A stretch of 64,000 bases of DNA from Candidatus Gorgyraea atricola (lineage in GTDB: Bacteria > Omnitrophota > Gorgyraeia > Gorgyraeales > Gorgyraeaceae): NCBI GenBank assembly GCA_030765235.1, contig JAVCCW010000021.1:733-64732 (forward strand), in the 5' to 3' direction. Shown piece by piece: positions 9,485-19,400 of this stretch (position 1 is the first letter of the stretch; every line of letters starts with the position of its first letter). Position numbers and translations under genes: made by a program. The notes under the pieces were generated by a model. That model had not been told where the DNA came from and did no database searches. It saw nothing but the letters and a program-made list of their open reading frames with translations.

Positions 9485-11041
9485 TCATTTCTTAGTCTTT
9501 CTTCGCGCTCGTTTTTTCCACGCGATTCTAACCATAATACCAAGCGTCAGAAACATACCTATAAGCATAAGCCGTATACCTAATACATACGGCTTATCTA
9601 CTTCGCTTATACCCTTCATCATTATTGTAGGAATACCATGCTGGTAAAACCAGAATCCAAGTATACAGAATAAAAATAAAGGCGTTATGTATTTTATTAT
9701 GAACTTGTAGATCTCTGGTATCTTAAGGTCTGCGCCGTGATGCATCTCTTCCCAAGCCTTTTCTATGCCAAATACCCAGCCGAAAAGGATTGTTTCAATT
9801 GTAGCGAAAAGTACGAGGCAGAATGTGCCTCCCCAGAAATCTAATTCGTTCACTGCGCCGTGTTTTAAAAATAATATAGCTGGCTGACAGAGTATAAAAG
9901 AGATTATGCCAAAGATAATGACTGCTTTTTTCTTTGAGATATTGAACTCATCCTCGAGAAACGCGATGCTGGGCTGCGCAAGAGATACAGAAGATGTAAT
10001 ACCTGCCAGGAATAAAAGTGTAAACCACATACATCCAAAAAACGCGCTCAGCGCGATCTTCTGGAATATTAGAGGCATTGTGACAAACCCGAGATTAAAC
10101 GCGCCGCCTGCCGCAATAGCCTGTATCTTGTGCGGTCCAAAGAATATGTACGCCGCTGGTATTATAATGGACGAGCCAAGTATGATCTCGGCAAATTCAT
10201 TTGTGCTCGCGGCTGTCAGGCCTGAGAGCGCGACATCATCTGTCTTTTTAAGGTAGCTCGCGTAGGTCAATATTACGCCTATACCTACGCTGAGCGTGAA
10301 GAATATCTGTCCAGCTGCCGCGAGCCAAACCTTCGCGTTTTTTAATGAAGCAAAATCAGGATTCCATAGGAAACCCAAGCCATTTACTATATTCCATTCG
10401 GGCCTTGATGGATCAGGTGTACCTAAGGTCAAGACCCTTACAGCTATTATTATGCCGAATATTAAAAGCGCTGGCATTGCGATCTTGCAGAGCTTTTCAA
10501 TGCCTCCGGAAATGCCTTTATAGATGATAAACATGTTGATGATAAATGTTATGAGGAAGAATAGATACGCGGATTGCATATTTGAGAAAAACTGGTTTTT
10601 CTCAATGCCTTGGAACCCGCGTAAGAGCGACATCATGCTTTCCTGGTCAGCAAGCTGCCCGTATTTCCCAACTGCTGAAAAAACAGCATAGGCAAGTGTC
10701 CATGACGCGATATAGTTATAGTAGATGAAGATTACAAGTGGGCCAAAGATCCCAATAATACCAAAGTATTTTATGAAGCGGTTTTTCTCCCACATGGTAT
10801 TAAAGATCCCGGGCGCGGTGCCATGGCCAAACCCGCCGCCAAGTCTCCCAACTGTCCATTCTATCCACATTAGCGGTATGCCGAGTAGAAGAAGAGAGAT
10901 AAAATAAGGTATCATGAACGCGCCGCCGCCATTCTGCGCAGCCTGCACAGGAAACCTCAAGAAGTTCCCCAACCCCACAGCACTCCCAGCAACAGCCATG
11001 ATAATACCAATCCGAGATTTCCAACTATCCCGCTTTCGCAT
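9485..11041 (-). CDS. neurotransmitter:sodium symporter (NSS/SLC6) family transporter
   Basis: WKSRIGIIMAVAGSAVGLGNFLRFP ... NGGGAFMIPY signature; start moved to ATG 11041. Confidence 0.85.
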   Translation of the reverse strand: MRKRDSWKSRIGIIMAVAGSAVGLGNFLRFPVQAAQNGGGAFMIPYFISLLLLGIPLMWIEWTVGRLGGGFGHGTAPGIFNTMWEKNRFIKYFGIIGIFGPLVIFIYYNYIASWTLAYAVFSAVGKYGQLADQESMMSLLRGFQGIEKNQFFSNMQSAYLFFLITFIINMFIIYKGISGGIEKLCKIAMPALLIFGIIIAVRVLTLGTPDPSRPEWNIVNGLGFLWNPDFASLKNAKVWLAAAGQIFFTLSVGIGVILTYASYLKKTDDVALSGLTAASTNEFAEIILGSSIIIPAAYIFFGPHKIQAIAAGGAFNLGFVTMPLIFQKIALSAFFGCMWFTLLFLAGITSSVSLAQPSIAFLEDEFNISKKKAVIIFGIISFILCQPAILFLKHGAVNELDFWGGTFCLVLFATIETILFGWVFGIEKAWEEMHHGADLKIPEIYKFIIKYITPLFLFCILGFWFYQHGIPTIMMKGISEVDKPYVLGIRLMLIGMFLTLGIMVRIAWKKRARRKTKK

Positions 11042-11077
11042 ATAGAAAAGTATACTTATAAAATCCTTATCTGTCAA

Positions 11078-11126
11078 ATCCTCTAAAGTAGACAAAACAG
11101 TCAGTGACTGTTTTGTCTACTTTAGG
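11078..11126. repeat. perfect palindrome CTAAAGTAGACAAAACAGTCA|GTGACTGTTTTGTCTACTTTAG between divergent genes; half-copy again at 44040-44090
   Basis: seen in sequence. Confidence 0.8.
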
Positions 11127-11182
11127 GAGAACAGAGGGGCTTTGCTTGACATATGTGGTAGATAGGTTAGAATATTATATAT

Positions 11183-14100
11183 ATGTCAGGGTTTGATAAA
11201 TTCTATAAAGAACTTAATGTAGAGCAGAAGATGGCTGTAGATACAGTGGATGGGCCGGTGTTGGTCCTTGCCGGGCCTGGGACTGGGAAGACTCAGCTTT
11301 TATCTGTTCGTGCCGCTAATATTATCCGTACGGAAAAGGTCCTGCCTGAGAATATTCTGATTCTTACCTATACAAATGCCGCTACAAAGACCATGAAGGA
11401 GCGTTTGGCAAAGATCATTGGGTTTAAGGGCTATGACGTGCATGTTTCTACCTTCCATAGTTTCGCTAACTCCATAATACTTGATTCAGAAGAGGCCTCG
11501 AATTATATCCAGGAGAGGATTCAGATCACAGATATCGAGAATCTAAAGGCCATAGAATATGTACTGGATCATTCTAAGGATGTTTCTGATATAAGGCCTT
11601 TTCGCGCGCCATATACATACGTTAGGGAGATACAAAAAAGGATAAGCGACCTTAAGAGAGAAGGCATAAGCCCGGAAGAATTTTCTAAATACGTTAAAGA
11701 CATAAAACCTGACAATGTATATGTTGAGCAAAAACATATCCCGCGCATAAAGGCACTGGCAATCGTCTATAGCCAGTATGAAAAACTCAAGGAAGGAAAA
11801 AATAAAGACATATTCGACGAGCGCGGGAGATATGACTATGACGACATGATCATGATCGCGATGGACGCGATAAATAAAGAAAAGCTACTTAAAGAAAAAT
11901 ATCAGCAGCTTTATAAATACATAATGGTGGACGAGTTCCAGGACACAAATGGCGCACAGCTTAAATTCTTATTCTCTCTTATAAAGGATGCGCATTCTAA
12001 TCTCTGCTGCGTAGGAGATGATGACCAGTCTATCTATCGGTTCCAGGGCGCAAGCATCGCTAACTTTAAAGAACTAAAAAAGAAATTCAAGGATCTGAAA
12101 ACAATTTCCCTTAAAGACAATTACCGCTCAGTAAAAGAGATCATAGACCTTTCGCAGAACCTCATAAAAGAACTTCCTCAAAATGAGCGCATAGGAGAAA
12201 AATCCCTTATATCAAAAGTAGATTTTAAGAAAAAATCAATAGAATACAGGGAATTTACCGCTAATGAAGAAGAGCTCTGTTTTATCGTCGAGCGGATAAA
12301 GCAGTTATGCGCTAAAGAAAAAGGCCTTTCTTACGACGACATTGCGGTATTAGTAAGAAAGAGAAGCCTGATCCCGAGGATAATAGACGCGTTGCTTCAG
12401 GCAGGCATCCCGTATGCTACTGATGGGAAAGAAGACATAAGAAGCGAGATGCGCGTAAGACAGATGCTGGATATCCTGGAGCTTGCGAGCATTGAACCTC
12501 AGGATTTTGGGGAAAGAGACAGGATCTTATATAAGATCCTCATAGCTGATTATTTCGAGATCCCGCACAAGGATATCCTGGATTTTATAAACAAGGTCAA
12601 TAAGAAAAAGAAAAATAGAGAAAATGTTACGCTTCTCTCAGAATTTTTTAAAGACAAAGATTTTAAAGATACAGCTGCCATAATAGAAAAATTCTTAAAA
12701 GAGAGTCTGTTTAAACCTGTGCATGCAGTGCTCATGGAATACATCAGGGACGCAGGGATCTATAAATATATCCTTAAGACCTACGACAAGGATGAAGTCT
12801 TAAGGATCAGGCAGGTACGCGGCCTTGCTTCGTTCGTAAACATGGTAAAGGAATATGATCTTTCAAATCCTGGCATAGATTTGAAGAAATTCATAGAGGA
12901 GATCAAGACGCGCAACGAACATAATCTCGCTATCCAGGGAGAGCTTGTCACAATGACGCAGAATGGCGTAAGGATCTTTACTGCGCATGCCTCAAAGGGG
13001 CAGGAATTCCACAGCGTGATAATTCCTTTTTGCCTGCAGGACGATAGCTGGCCCATAAAACCAATGCCTGATAAGATCCCTCTTGGACCTGAGATACTGG
13101 GAGGCATTGAAAAGGTGGATAGTAAAGAAAGAATAAAAAAGTTGAGATTCTATGACGAGACAAGACTTTTTTATGTGGCCATAAGCAGAGCAAAGAGCAA
13201 TATACTTTTTACATGCAGCCCTAAAGAGAACAAGATCTCCAGTTCGTTTATCCATAGATTGGATCTAGAGACCAAGGAGAACTTCTTTAAGGAGGAGGAT
13301 GTACTGGCCGGATCTTTGATCAAAGCGGATTTTAAAGATCCTTTTGTAGGCACTGAGAAGATCCTGGGTGATATGGTCAAGGATATGACTTTGAATCCCA
13401 CAAGCATAAATAACTATCTATACTGCAGGAGAAAATTTCTCTATGACAATGTCCTGATGCTTCCAGGCGCAAAGAAACAGAGCCTGATCTTTGGTAATGC
13501 AGTGCATGAGGGCCTGGAGCATGTGTACGGGCATTTTATGAAGACAGATAAATTTCCGGATTTTCAGTTTTTTAAAGATAGATTTTCTGACGCGTTGAAA
13601 TACCAGGGCCCTGAGAAGGCAATAGAGCTTCGCTGTAAAGAACAGTTCGAGGGGTTGAGGAGATTTTTTAGCAGGATATCTTCAAATCCTGTCAAGCCTA
13701 TTGGTCTGGAGAATCGTATGCCAATAAATATTGACGGCATTATCATTACTGGAAAATACGATAGATTAGACATAGAAGACAATAATGAAAAATCACTTCG
13801 CGTAGTAGACTATAAAACAGGCCAGCCAAGGAATCATGCAAAGGGTATCTTCCAGTGCAAGAGCCTGGAGGATGAATCCTGCGATGGTTATCTTCGTCAG
13901 CTCGCGTGCTATAAACTTTTATACGAAAAGGACAAGACGCGAAAGGACAATGATCTATTTGTGAGTCATGGCGTGGTGATATTCGTAGAGCCTGCAAAAG
14001 AGGATGTGCGCAGTTATGGAATAAAAAAGGGCGAGCCCACTGAATTTAAGGTCGAACTCAGGGAAGAAATGGTAGATGAAATGGTAGGCATAATAAAGAG

Positions 14101-14200
14101 TGTTTGGGCAAGCGTGCAGGATCTGCATTTTGAAAAATTAGAGGAACGCGACAAGAAAAAATGCAACTGGTGTGACTTTGATCACATATGTTGGAAATAA
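11183..14200 (+). CDS. single-chain UvrD/PcrA-type helicase fused to C-terminal Cas4/AddB-type Fe-S PD-(D/E)XK nuclease
   Basis: GPGTGKT, DEFQDTN, TAHASKGQEF helicase motifs; DYKTG nuclease motif; Cys ... CxxCxxxxxC. Confidence 0.8.
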   Translation: MSGFDKFYKELNVEQKMAVDTVDGPVLVLAGPGTGKTQLLSVRAANIIRTEKVLPENILILTYTNAATKTMKERLAKIIGFKGYDVHVSTFHSFANSIILDSEEASNYIQERIQITDIENLKAIEYVLDHSKDVSDIRPFRAPYTYVREIQKRISDLKREGISPEEFSKYVKDIKPDNVYVEQKHIPRIKALAIVYSQYEKLKEGKNKDIFDERGRYDYDDMIMIAMDAINKEKLLKEKYQQLYKYIMVDEFQDTNGAQLKFLFSLIKDAHSNLCCVGDDDQSIYRFQGASIANFKELKKKFKDLKTISLKDNYRSVKEIIDLSQNLIKELPQNERIGEKSLISKVDFKKKSIEYREFTANEEELCFIVERIKQLCAKEKGLSYDDIAVLVRKRSLIPRIIDALLQAGIPYATDGKEDIRSEMRVRQMLDILELASIEPQDFGERDRILYKILIADYFEIPHKDILDFINKVNKKKKNRENVTLLSEFFKDKDFKDTAAIIEKFLKESLFKPVHAVLMEYIRDAGIYKYILKTYDKDEVLRIRQVRGLASFVNMVKEYDLSNPGIDLKKFIEEIKTRNEHNLAIQGELVTMTQNGVRIFTAHASKGQEFHSVIIPFCLQDDSWPIKPMPDKIPLGPEILGGIEKVDSKERIKKLRFYDETRLFYVAISRAKSNILFTCSPKENKISSSFIHRLDLETKENFFKEEDVLAGSLIKADFKDPFVGTEKILGDMVKDMTLNPTSINNYLYCRRKFLYDNVLMLPGAKKQSLIFGNAVHEGLEHVYGHFMKTDKFPDFQFFKDRFSDALKYQGPEKAIELRCKEQFEGLRRFFSRISSNPVKPIGLENRMPINIDGIIITGKYDRLDIEDNNEKSLRVVDYKTGQPRNHAKGIFQCKSLEDESCDGYLRQLACYKLLYEKDKTRKDNDLFVSHGVVIFVEPAKEDVRSYGIKKGEPTEFKVELREEMVDEMVGIIKSVWASVQDLHFEKLEERDKKKCNWCDFDHICWK

Positions 14201-14210
14201 GGGGGATTTC

Positions 14211-14789
14211 ATGAGGAGATTTTTTATTATTTTTATGACAGCAGTTTTAATCTCGGGTTGCAATATTGTTCCTAAGTCGATGCAGTACCAGAAAGAGGAA
14301 GAAAAGACTATAGGCAGCGTGGATGTGGTCAATCCTCTTGTGGAAGAGGCGCAGATCGTGCTGGATAGTCTAGGATATAACGCCGGGACCATGGATGGCA
14401 AAATGGGCAAAAAGACCAGACAGGCCATAAAGGAATTTCAGGAGTCCATAGGCTTGAGGAGCACAGGTTATATTGATAAACGCACCTGGATGGCAGTAGA
14501 GGATATAATGAGAGAGAGTGAGAGGCGCGACCTGAAAAAGGATTATAATATAGAGGTGAGGAGCCCGTATTTAGAAGAGATCTATGATTCTGAGAGTAAG
14601 TTAGGAGTTACAACAAGACAAATACAGACTGCTTTAAAAAATGCCGGATTTGACCCAGGCACTATAGACGGGAAATCAGGACCAAGGACGCAGCAGGCAA
14701 TAAAGGAGTTCCAGCGCACAAAGGGCCTGAAGATAGATGGTAAGGTCGGTGCGCAGACATGGACAGAACTGGGCAAGTATCTTAAATAA
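14211..14789 (+). CDS. lipoprotein with two peptidoglycan-binding (PG_binding_1) domains
   Basis: lipobox LISGC; two repeats of GK.G..T..AIKEFQ...GL..DG..G..TW. Confidence 0.7.
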   Translation: MRRFFIIFMTAVLISGCNIVPKSMQYQKEEEKTIGSVDVVNPLVEEAQIVLDSLGYNAGTMDGKMGKKTRQAIKEFQESIGLRSTGYIDKRTWMAVEDIMRESERRDLKKDYNIEVRSPYLEEIYDSESKLGVTTRQIQTALKNAGFDPGTIDGKSGPRTQQAIKEFQRTKGLKIDGKVGAQTWTELGKYLK

Positions 14790-14836
14790 ACTTTTAGTCT
14801 TGCGATAAGTTGACACAGTTTAGGGGGGTGAGTTTG

Positions 14837-15673
14837 ATGAACTATATAAAGACGGGCATGCTATTGGTTCTTTTGACAATGCTCTTTGTATGGATAGGCG
14901 GTTATTTCGGGGGTCAGTCTGGCGCGACGTTCGCATTTGTGTTTGCGCTTTTGATGAATTTTGGCGCGTATTGGTTCAGCGACAGAATAGTACTTGCCAT
15001 GCATAAGGCCAAAGAGGTTTCTCCGAAGGAAGTACCTGAACTCTATAACATAGTCAGGGAGCTAAGTTCCAATGCAAAGCTTCCCATGCCAAAATTATAT
15101 ATAACGCCGCAGAATTCTCCAAATGCCTTTGCAACAGGCCGTAACCCAAAGCATTCAGCAGTATGCGTTACGCAGGGCATTCTGAATCTCCTGAATCGCG
15201 AAGAATTAAAAGGAGTTGTAGCTCATGAATTGTCACATATAAAAAATAGAGACACGTTGATAATGACTGTTGCAGCGACTATTGCAGGGGCGATTACTAT
15301 GCTTGCATACTGGGCAAGATGGGTCGTGATATTAGGAGGAAGAGGAAGAAATAGAGACAGCAATGTCATTGGATATCTTTTTATGCTTATAGTTGCGCCA
15401 ATCGCGGCAATGCTTATACAGCTTGCGATATCGCGCTCCAGGGAATACGCGGCTGATAAAAGGGCCGCGTTTATTGCGAGAGACCATATAGGTCTTGTAA
15501 ATGCGCTTTTAAAATTAGAAAAAGGCGCACAGGCTCATCCTATGCAGGCAAGCCAGGCCACAGCGCATCTTTTTATAGTAAATCCATTGCGCGGCCAGGC
15601 ACTGGCAAGACTTTTCAGCACGCACCCGCCAATACAGGAGAGAGTAAAGAGGCTGAAGAATATAAATCTATAG
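14837..15673 (+). CDS. htpX: zinc metalloprotease HtpX
   Basis: HELSHIKNRD HExxH, 4 TM segments, M48 family layout. Confidence 0.85.
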   Translation: MNYIKTGMLLVLLTMLFVWIGGYFGGQSGATFAFVFALLMNFGAYWFSDRIVLAMHKAKEVSPKEVPELYNIVRELSSNAKLPMPKLYITPQNSPNAFATGRNPKHSAVCVTQGILNLLNREELKGVVAHELSHIKNRDTLIMTVAATIAGAITMLAYWARWVVILGGRGRNRDSNVIGYLFMLIVAPIAAMLIQLAISRSREYAADKRAAFIARDHIGLVNALLKLEKGAQAHPMQASQATAHLFIVNPLRGQALARLFSTHPPIQERVKRLKNINL

Positions 15674-15676
15674 CTA

Positions 15677-15806
15677 TCGGAAGTTACTTAATGTTATGGA
15701 ATGTTTCGTAAGGTTATGGAAGGTTACAAAAAATACTGTGATTTAAAGATTTTTTATGCAACTTTCCATAACATTCCATAACTTTCCGAAACCTTAAGTA
15801 ACATCC
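15677..15806. promoter_or_regulatory. symmetric array of four 13-mers GTTATGGAA(N)GTT (two forward, two inverted) flanked by GTTACTTAA / TTAAGTAAC, upstream of moxR-bat operon
   Basis: seen in sequence. Confidence 0.5.
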
Positions 15807-15834
15807 TAATTGCTAAAAAACTGGGAGGGTGAAT

Positions 15835-16842
15835 ATGGTAGAGTTTAGTCCTAAATATGGACAGGATATCAGGGAGATCAATGAAAAAGTCAAACAGGCT
15901 AGTCTTTTTGTGCAGCAGATCAATGCGGAGCTTTCAAAGGTCATTGTTGGCCAAAAGTATGCAGTAGACAGGCTCATGATAGCGCTTCTTGCCAACGGCC
16001 ATATATTGATCGAAGGTGTGCCGGGCCTGGCAAAGACGCTTGCCGTCAAGACTCTTTCAAACTGCATCCAGACAAAATTCCAGCGTCTTCAGTTTACACC
16101 TGATCTATTGCCGGCTGATTTGATCGGTACGCTTGTGTATAATCCAAAGGATGGTAAGTTTACCACGAAAAAAGGCCCTATCTTCGCAAATCTGATTCTG
16201 GCAGACGAGATAAATAGGGCGCCAGCAAAAGTACAGAGCGCGCTTTTAGAGGCAATGCAAGAGCGTCAGATTACGATAGGAGAGAATACTTTTAAATTAG
16301 ATGATCCATTTCTTGTCCTGGCCACTCAGAATCCAATAGAACAGGAAGGCACATACCCTCTTCCGGAAGCGCAGATCGATAGGTTCATGCTCAAGATAAA
16401 AATGGACTATCCTAATAAAAAAGAAGAAAAAGAGATCATGGAGCGCATGGCAGGGCATGTACCAGCTGAAGTACGATCGATTGTTTCTCCAAAAGATATC
16501 ATAAAGGCAAGAGAGATAGTCAGCCAGGTCTATATAGACGATAAGATAAAAGATTATATAGTGGATCTTGTCTATGCAACGCGAAGGCCTGAAGAGTATA
16601 ATCTGGATATAAAAAGCCTGATTTCGTATGGCGCTTCTCCGCGCGCATCTATATATCTAAATATAGCCGCTCGCGCGCACGCCTTTATCCGCGGCAGAGG
16701 TTATGTAATACCTGAGGATGTGAAAGAGATCGGCATGGATGTCCTGCGTCACCGCATTATTGTTACCTATGAAGCAGAAGCAGAAGAAATGACAAGCGAA
16801 GACATTGTAAAACGTGTGTTTGATGAAATAGAAGTACCATAG
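15835..16842 (+). CDS. MoxR-family AAA+ ATPase
   Basis: GVPGLAKT Walker A, LADEINRAP Walker B; GGGAGGG SD. Confidence 0.9.
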   Translation: MVEFSPKYGQDIREINEKVKQASLFVQQINAELSKVIVGQKYAVDRLMIALLANGHILIEGVPGLAKTLAVKTLSNCIQTKFQRLQFTPDLLPADLIGTLVYNPKDGKFTTKKGPIFANLILADEINRAPAKVQSALLEAMQERQITIGENTFKLDDPFLVLATQNPIEQEGTYPLPEAQIDRFMLKIKMDYPNKKEEKEIMERMAGHVPAEVRSIVSPKDIIKAREIVSQVYIDDKIKDYIVDLVYATRRPEEYNLDIKSLISYGASPRASIYLNIAARAHAFIRGRGYVIPEDVKEIGMDVLRHRIIVTYEAEAEEMTSEDIVKRVFDEIEVP

Positions 16843-16863
16843 AGACAATGGCCTTTAATAAGT

Positions 16864-16934
16864 AAGGCAGGCTTTAGCCTGCCTTAATAGAAAAAGGCCA
16901 TTGCTACAATCTGTAGGGCAGACTTTAGTCTGCC
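16864..16934. repeat. two tandem hairpins GGCAGGCTTTAGCCTGCC / GGCAGACTTTAGTCTGCC
   Basis: seen in sequence, between moxR and DUF58. Confidence 0.6.
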
Positions 16935-16943
16935 AAACCCATA

Positions 16944-17822
16944 ATGATTCCGAAGGAAATCCTTAAAAAAGTCAGGCAGATCGAGATTCGGACAGGTCGG
17001 CTTGTGAATAATGTGTTTGCCGGTAAGTATGGGTCTGTGTTCAAGGGCCGCGGCATGGAATTCCACGAGGTGCGGGAATACGTGCCAGGTGACGACATCC
17101 GCTCCATCGACTGGAATGTGACAGCCCGTGCAGGCAATCCCTATGTCAAGAAATTCGTGGAAGAAAGAGAGCTCACAGTTTTACTAATGGCAGACTTGAG
17201 CTCATCGGGTGATTTTGGCACAAAAAACAAGATGAAGAAAGAGATAATGGCGGAGATAGGCGCTGTCCTTGCATTTAGCGCAATCAAGAATAATGATAAG
17301 GTCGGACTTTTGCTTTTTACAGACCATGTGGAAAAATTTATCACGCCTAAAAAAGGAAAGGCCCATGTCCTGAGGGTTATACGGGAGTTATTGTACTATA
17401 AGCCAAAGGGCAAAAAGACCAGCATCAATGCCGCCATTGAATATCTGGGAAAGGTTTTAAAAAAGAAGACTGTAATATTTCTCATATCAGATTTTATAGA
17501 TTCTGACTATGAAAAGCGGTTGAGGATCTTAAATAAGCGTCATGATGTCATAGCCATACCTATTTCTGACCCGAGAGAGATGGCTCTTCCTGACGTGGGA
17601 CTCATAGAATTTGAAGATGCTGAAACAGGCGAGGTGGTTTATCTGGACACGTCAGATGATTTACTGAAAAAAGAATTTAAAAAGAGAAAATACTCTTTTA
17701 TTGAAGAGCGCAACAGGATATTTAGATCCGTAGGAGTTGATTCTGTAGAGATATCCACGGACAGACCTTACATAAAACCCCTTATGCTTTTTTTCAAGGC
17801 ACGTTCCAAAAGATTCAGATGA
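16944..17822 (+). CDS. DUF58 (VWA-like) MoxR-partner protein
   Basis: conserved position after MoxR; DWNVTARAG motif. Confidence 0.8.
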   Translation: MIPKEILKKVRQIEIRTGRLVNNVFAGKYGSVFKGRGMEFHEVREYVPGDDIRSIDWNVTARAGNPYVKKFVEERELTVLLMADLSSSGDFGTKNKMKKEIMAEIGAVLAFSAIKNNDKVGLLLFTDHVEKFITPKKGKAHVLRVIRELLYYKPKGKKTSINAAIEYLGKVLKKKTVIFLISDFIDSDYEKRLRILNKRHDVIAIPISDPREMALPDVGLIEFEDAETGEVVYLDTSDDLLKKEFKKRKYSFIEERNRIFRSVGVDSVEISTDRPYIKPLMLFFKARSKRFR

Positions 17823-17825
17823 GGA

Positions 17826-18317
17826 TTGGGAATGGATGACATCAGGCCTTTAAAGGATTTTGTAGAGATTAAAGGTGGATTTGTGCTTTGGCCATTAATG
17901 TTAATAGTCTTATTATTGGCCATTGCGGTATTTCTTTTTATATATTTTAAGAAGAGAAAAAAGGCTGTAGAGCTCCCTGCCTCACCGCCCCGCCCTCCAG
18001 AAGACATTGCCATGGAAGCATTAAAGGCCCTCTTAGAGATGAAATTAATAGAACAGGGCTTGATAAAGGAATATTATATAAGGCTTTCAGATATTATACG
18101 TAACTATATCGAGGCCAGATTTAACGTCTTTGCTCTGGATCGGACCACATGGGAACTCTATCAAGAGATGCGCGTAAAGAAGATCGAAAGAAAGCGAACA
18201 GATCAAATAAGAGATTTTCTGGAAGATTGTGATCTTGTAAAATTCGCAAAATATATCCCGAATAAAAAGGAAATCGAAGAAGTGTATACTAGCGCAAAGG
18301 AAATTATTAAGATATGA
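17826..18317 (+). CDS. DUF4381-like membrane protein of Bat operon
   Basis: single TM then Pro-rich segment; operon position. Confidence 0.5.
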   Translation: MGMDDIRPLKDFVEIKGGFVLWPLMLIVLLLAIAVFLFIYFKKRKKAVELPASPPRPPEDIAMEALKALLEMKLIEQGLIKEYYIRLSDIIRNYIEARFNVFALDRTTWELYQEMRVKKIERKRTDQIRDFLEDCDLVKFAKYIPNKKEIEEVYTSAKEIIKI

Positions 18318-19303
18318 GATTTGCCAATCCATTATTTTTAATATTACTTGGTATTATTCCTTTAATGATCTGGGATTATTTCAGGCGCGCTAAAGTCCGC
18401 GAGGCCAATCTTATATTTTCAGACATCTCGATCGTTAAGACGGTACAGCCTGGCTTTCGTGTTAGATATCGACACGTCCCAATGATTTTGCGTATAGTTG
18501 CCGTATTTATCTTTATCCTTGCCCTGGCAAGGCCTCAGGCAGGCCAGATGGAGGAGGAGATCATAACAGAAGGCATTGATATCATGCTCACGCTTGACAC
18601 CTCTAGCAGTATGAAGGCAGAAGATTTTAAGCCGCAAAATAGATTGGGCGCGGCCAAAGAGGTAATAAGCGAATTTATTAAATCAAGGAAGAATGATAGG
18701 ATCGGCCTTGTGGTTTTTTCAAGGTCCAGCTTTACTCAATGCCCGCTTACGCTTGATTATGGGGTGCTTTTGGATCTATTGGATAAGATAGATATAGGCA
18801 TGATAGAAGACGGTACAGCCATAGGTACTGCGATTGCAAATTCTGTTAATAGACTCAGAGATTCTAAAGCCAAAAGTAAGGTCATCATCCTGCTTACAGA
18901 CGGCATCAATAACGCGGGAAAGATAGACCCTCAAACAGCAGCAAAGGCGGCCCGGGCGCTCGAGGTAAAGATATATACTATAGGCGCTGGCAAGCCTGGA
19001 GGAGCGATGTATCCTGTAGATCATCCTATCTTTGGAAAAAGATACGTGCAGATGGATACAGAGATAGATGAGGCGCTTCTTAAAGAGATCGCAGAAGAAA
19101 CAGGAGGCATATATTTCAGAGCAAAGGATGAAAAAGGGCTCGAGGAAATTTACGAGACCATAGGTAAGTTAGAGAAGACCGAGATTGAGACAAAGGAGTA
19201 CGCGAATTATCACGAGCTTGCCACTGGTTTTATTTTGCCAGGATTTGTTGTGTTTTTACTAGGAACTATTTTGGGGAATACATTGTTTAGGAAGATTCCT
19301 TAG
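18314..19303 (+). CDS. batA: BatA, VWA-domain membrane protein
   Basis: MIDAS DxSxS (LDTSSSM), N- and C-terminal TM. Confidence 0.8.
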   Translation: MRFANPLFLILLGIIPLMIWDYFRRAKVREANLIFSDISIVKTVQPGFRVRYRHVPMILRIVAVFIFILALARPQAGQMEEEIITEGIDIMLTLDTSSSMKAEDFKPQNRLGAAKEVISEFIKSRKNDRIGLVVFSRSSFTQCPLTLDYGVLLDLLDKIDIGMIEDGTAIGTAIANSVNRLRDSKAKSKVIILLTDGINNAGKIDPQTAAKAARALEVKIYTIGAGKPGGAMYPVDHPIFGKRYVQMDTEIDEALLKEIAEETGGIYFRAKDEKGLEEIYETIGKLEKTEIETKEYANYHELATGFILPGFVVFLLGTILGNTLFRKIP

Positions 19304-19376
19304 GGACAAGTGACAAGTAACAAGGGACAAGGAGCATCTAAACCCCCTTGTCTCTTGTCTCATGTCCCTTGTCCCT
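19303..19376. repeat. imperfect hairpin built of GGGACAAG repeats (batA-batB intergenic)
   Basis: GGGACAAGTGACAAGTAACAAGGGACAAGG ... CCTTGTCTCTTGTCTCATGTCCCTTGTCCC. Confidence 0.75.
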
Positions 19377-19400
19377 AACATGTAATCCAAAGGAGCAAAG

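Noticed and set aside
9363-9647. ORF 9363..9647 (+) overlapping the 3' end of the NSS transporter
   Set aside because: It runs antisense to a well-supported transporter gene and has no features.
12550-13997. Multiple minus-strand ORFs inside the helicase-nuclease gene
   Set aside because: They are embedded antisense in a 1005-aa ORF with clear helicase and nuclease motifs.
16864-16885. Hairpin after moxR as an intrinsic terminator
   Set aside because: There is no T-tract after the stem (it is followed by AATAGAAAAAGG). A paired second hairpin suggests a repeat or structured spacer instead.
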